A stretch of DNA of 64,000 nucleotides, taken from NCBI GenBank assembly GCA_964016885.1, contig OZ024751.1, forward strand, positions 47,244,001 to 47,308,000. The letters are read 5' to 3'. A program made the position numbers and the translations under genes. The stretch's first letter is position 1. Every line of letters begins with the position of its first letter. Positions 54,706 through 60,700 of the stretch are shown here, piece by piece. A model generated the notes under the pieces. That model was not told the origin of the DNA. It ran no database searches and was given only the letters and a program-made list of their open reading frames with translations. This DNA comes from Eledone cirrhosa. Taxonomy: Eukaryota.

Positions 54706-57700
54706 ATTCTGATCTCTTAAAAAGTGGGGTACACATACAGAGTATTCCCCAAAAATTAGATATCATTTGAGACGTAAATATCCCAGAAACTACCACTATC
54801 TATTGTGAATTAGTGTTATAATGTTAAATTTTAAGGAATAAATCTTTTGTTGCTCAGCATTAACCCTTTCATGACCATATTTTTAATGAAATACACTCTA
54901 TTTCAATTAATTGATGAAGAATTTTGCAGGATTTACCAAAATTATTAATTATTTAATTTCTAAGATAGCAACTTAATGTAACGTTCTTATATAAAATTAT
55001 GTTGGATGATTTTTGTTTAAATTGGGTGCTTTTACTTCATAGAACCTTTGTCTGGGTTGGTAACTAAAAGGTTAAGCCTGCTCAATCTTGTTGTCCTAGA
55101 CTTTGTAGTTTCTGGGATATTTACCTCTCAAATGATAACTAATTTTTTAAAAATATCCTATAGTATATATATATCAAATGGTTTATTTGTATATTTTTGC
55201 AGCAAAGTCTATTGTGATAGAGACCTACATACAACAACATGCTTGGCTGCTGTATAGTTGCCTGGCTTTACAGTTAAATCGAATGACACACCAACCTGCT
55301 GGTAGTTGTGGCCTCAGATACCATGAGATGGCTGTCAACCTCAACAACATCTGTATAAACATGGTACTCAATGATCTCTTGAATGGATTCACTGAGAGTG
55401 AGTAAACATTATTGAATTATATACATATCTATTTACCTACCTGCCTCTCTATCTACCCATCTATTTACCTACATATCTATCTACCTACTTGCCTCTCTAT
55501 CTACCCATCTATTTACCTACATATCTATTTACCTACCTGCCTCTCTATCTACCTATCTATTTACCTACATATCTATTTACCTACCTGCCTCTCTATCTAC
55601 CCATCTATTTACCTACATATCTATCTACCTACCTGCCTCTCTATCTACCCATCTATTTACCTACATATCTATCTACCTACCTGCCTCTCTATCTACCCAT
55701 CTATTTACCTACATATCTATCTACCTACCTGCCTCTCTATCTACCCATCTATTTACCTACATATCTATCTACCTACCTGCCTCTCTATCTACCCATCTAT
55801 CTACCTACATATCTATCTACCTACATATCTATCTACCTACCTGCCTCTCTATCTACCTACATATCTATCTACCTACCTGCCTCTCTATCTACCCATCTAT
55901 TTACCTACCTATCTACCTACCTACCCATCTACCAACCTACATATTCTTCCTTCTACCTACTATCTATCTATCTACCTACCTATCCAGCTATCTATCATCC
56001 AATATTTACACCATGTTGTCTCTTCCATTAACATATAAGCCAGTCTCACCAACCAATATTTCCTATTTACACCATGTTGCCTCTGTATTTATCTGTCTTC
56101 CAGATGAACTGAACTTCCTAAAGGAACCCCTACAAATGGAGACGTGTGATGATCAGTTTTTCACCAGCCACATCCAGTTTAAACTCCTCTCCTTACTTGG
56201 TACATTGTTTTCAGGAGACTCAAAATCAACGGTAATTTCTATTTATATATATACCATCATCATTTAACATCATCATCATCACCATTGTTGTCGTTGCTGC
56301 TGCTACCATCATCATCATCATTATCATTTATATTATTTAACAAACGGCTGTGGATTGGCAGTATCAGTAGAGAGTCGGACGCCATGCTTTCCAGCATAGA
56401 TACGTCCTCCCTTTACGGTCTGAGTTCAAATCCCGCCGAGGTTAACTTTGCCTTTCATCCTTACGGGGTCGATAAAATAAAGTACCAGTAATGTACTGGG
56501 TAATTGATGGCCTTGTGCCAAAAGTAGAAACAATTATTTAACAAACATTGTTTCCATCTCAATGATTTATATTTGATAATTTTCTACCTGTGGTTTACAT
56601 CATGTATATTATTTAACCCTTTAGCATTTACATTACTCTATATATACTATTGTATTTTCATGGTAAAGGCTTTATCTCACATAATATCTCACATAGCATT
56701 TACATTACTCTATATTTACTATTGTATTTTCATGGTAAAGGCTTTATCTCACATAATATCTCACATAACATTTACATTACTCTATATTTACTATTGTATT
56801 TTCATGGTAAAGGCTTTATCTCACATAATATCTCATAACATTTACATTACTCTATATTTACTATTGTATTTTCATGGTAAAGGCTTTATATCACATAATA
56901 TCTCACATAACATTTACATTACTCTATATTTACTATTGTATTTTCATGGTAAAGGCTTTATCTCATAATATCTCACATAACATTTACATTACTCTATATT
57001 TACTATTGTATTTTCATGGTAAAGGCTTTATCTCACATAATATCTCACATAACATTTACATTACTCTATATTTACTATTGTATTTTCATGGTAAAGGCTT
57101 TATCTCACATAATATCTCACATAACATTTACATTACTCTATATTTACTATTGTATTTTCATGGTAAAGGCTTTATCTCACATAATATCTCACATAACATT
57201 TACATTACTCTATATTTACTATTGTATTTTCATGGTAAAGGCTTTATCTCACATAATATCTCATAACATTTACATTACTCTATATTTACTATTGTATTTT
57301 CATGGTAAAGGCTTTATCTCATATAATATCTCACATAACATTTACATTACTCTATATTTACTATTGTATTTTCATGGTAAAGGCTTTATCTCACATAATA
57401 TCTCACATAACATTTACATTACTCTATATTTACTATTGTATTTTCATGGTAAAGGCTTTATCTTACATAATATCTCACATAACATTTTCATTACTCTATA
57501 TTTACTATTGTATTTTCATGGTAAAGGGTTTATCTTACATAATATCTCACATAACATTTACATTACTCTATATATACTATTATATTTTCATGGTAAAGGC
57601 TTTATCTCACATAATATCTCACATAACATTTACATTACTCTATATTTACTATTGTATTTTCACGGTAAACACTTTATTTCACATAATATCGAATCTACGA

Positions 57701-60700
57701 GATTTTTATAATATTTATTTTGAGAACAATACCTTAACATAAGTATGAACGTATGAGCAGCCGGTTACAGCCGGTTTGAACAGAAAGAGGTGAGAGAATT
57801 CTAGCCGGATACGGCCAGTTTAAATGCTAAAGGGTTAACACAATTACCATTGTCTTTCCTTTACCAGATATCTGCCAACAGATGTGAAAATATGAGTATT
57901 GAAACCTTTACCCATTTCTTGAATACCATGCTGAAGATATCATTGTATGTACTTACTTCTTCTTACCTTCTTTCTTCTCTATTATTTTTACTGACTTCAG
58001 TTGTGTCTGTCTGTCTTTCTGTCTCTCTCTCTCTCTCTCTCGCTCTCTCTCTCTGTATATATTATATAGGTGTTGACAGAAAAACACACACACACGCACA
58101 AACATATATATATACACACATCTACAATTCTCTCGCTCTCTCTTTATATATACATATATATATATATATACACACATCTACAATTCTCTCGCTCTCTCTT
58201 TATATATACATATATATATATATATATATACATATACACATACATCTACAATTCCCTCTCTTTATATATATATATCATCAGCATCATCATCTTCGTTTAA
58301 CGTCCATATTCCACGCTCGCATGGGTTTGGACGGGTGTTTTCCCACTTGAGACAAGAGTGGTTGTCTTGCTCGCATAGGACTGTCTGGCGGGTTTTCTAC
58401 GGCTGGATGCCCTTCCTAACACCAACCACATTTACAGTGTGGAACTTGGAGGTTTTTACCGTGTTACCTACATATATATATAGTTGGAGGCTTAGTAAAA
58501 CCGAATCTTTGGCGGTGTGCTAGCAAATTTGACCTACGATATGAAGGAGTTAGCAAAGCACTCGACAAGGTAGGTCCTCAGAGTAATAACATACGTTTAA
58601 ATAGCTTGACAAATTGAACATTGTGATAGGCAAAATCTAACACACAATACCAAAGTAACGAAAGAACTAACAGGTTGAAAAAATACACCTGGACAAATCA
58701 AACATTATACGTTTAAAGTGTTTCTATGAATCCGAAATCAAATATCAGACTTACTTAACTGGCAAGCTCGTGGTATTCATGATCGAACAGAGGATTCATT
58801 TTATCAACAAGAATTTCGTTCTACCAAAGAATGGGGCGAAACACTGAATGGTGCCGCTAACAGCAGCGAATTCGAACATTCAGTTGTCACGTGTTATTTC
58901 CAACAAGGCAAATAACCCCCGGTTTTTTGGCGGGTGGTCATTCAAAGTGTTAGACAAATGTGTGTGTCTGTGTTCACTGAATAATATATATTATGTAGTT
59001 GTTGACCCTCTAGTATATATATGTATTAATCTGGTGTTACTCAACTGGGATATAGTTTTGATTCTCTCTTTACTATATTACTATTACAGCATTGACAACA
59101 ATTATGACAGCACCACCCGGTTTATGGCAACAGGATTGCTGACTCGTCTCCTCTGTAGAAGCTCCCTCAAAGTATGTCATCTAATTTCTTTATCTTCTTC
59201 TTTGTTCTTTTTCCTTCATTTGCTCTAGCTCTTTAGTTGAGACCTCACCAAAGTCAACTTAACCCTTCATGTTTCCAGCATTGATAAAATAAAGTACCAG
59301 TCAAATGCTGGAGTCGATTTAATCTTCTGGGTGCTCTAGGTGCCTTATGTCGCGGATAGAGTAATTTCCCCTTTATACATAAGACAGTGTCAAGGGGAAG
59401 CAATTCATAAAAAAATTAATTCAGTGTGCTAAAAGTTAATTGATTTTTACCCCACCTGCTCATAAATTGCTGACTTTGTACTTAAATCAGAAATTATTAT
59501 TTTTCATGTTGTCACCATTAATCAATGTTTCAAAATTTTTTGGGTTTCCACAACAGTTGTTCAGGAATGATTTATATTTAATTTTACATGGTGTTTCTCT
59601 GTTTTTCTTATTCTATTTTTTCCTTTTTTTCTCTCTCTTTCTCATCTAATTAGTGTGCTGACGAGACTATAGAGTCATTAGCTGCTGATCAGTGTAACTT
59701 CCCCAATGCTTCGACAAAAATTGGTGCAAAAATGATCAATTTCCTTCTTAACCAAGGTGCCTGCAATGTTGAATAGTGAGTGTAAACCTTTTAATATCAA
59801 ACCCCTTGAAATGGAGGCCCCTATGTCTATGATATAACCATTTTAATTCCAAACCCCTTGAAATGGCAGCCCCTATGTTTATGATAGCCCTTTTAATAGT
59901 AAACCCCTTGAAATGGCGGCCCTATGTCTATGATATAACCCTTTCAATTCCAAACCTCTTGAAATGGCAGCCCCTATGTCTATGATATAGCCCTTTTAAT
60001 ACTAAACCCCTTGAAACAGCAGCCCCATGTATCTATGATATAACCCTTTTAATACCAAACCGCCTGAAATGGAGGCTCCTGTGTCTATGATATAACCATT
60101 TTAATACTAAACCCCTTGAAATGGCGGCCCCTGTGTCTATGATATGACCCTTTTAATACCAAACCCTTGAAACAGCAGCCCCTGTGTCTATGATATAAAA
60201 CTGTATACAATGATCTATTTTTAGAAGTGTTGAGTGGATATGTATTTATGAAAAATTAACCTAGAGTCAGGCAGAAAATTGGTAGTCATTAGAATGTTGG
60301 ATGGAATGGTTTGTGGTACTTGTTTTGGCACTTTGTACTCTGAGTTCAAACCCTAGTGAAGTCATCTTTGTCTTTCATCATTTTGAAGCCAATAACTAAA
60401 GTAGAAATTTCTGGTTGGGGGTGGAAGGGTGTGGCTCAATGGCATTCTGCCCACATGACCAAGAGTGAACAGATAGGCTTAAATTTAGCCTAATTGCTGA
60501 GGTTTCATTCTAGAGTGGATCGAAAAGTTGCTGTTCAGAGACATGTAGTAATGATGAAGACTGTCGCACTATTTTATATAGATATATATATATATAGCTT
60601 ATTTATAGAGGCACATGGCTTAGTGGTTAGAGCATTGGCCTTGCAATCAAAAGGTTGTGAGTTCAATTCTCAGACCGGGTGATGTGTTGTTTCCTTGAGC

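Noticed and set aside
56573-57742. ORFs with 24-aa repeat [11 protein letters not shown]...
   Set aside because: 72-bp internal array of the piggyBac-like MITE.
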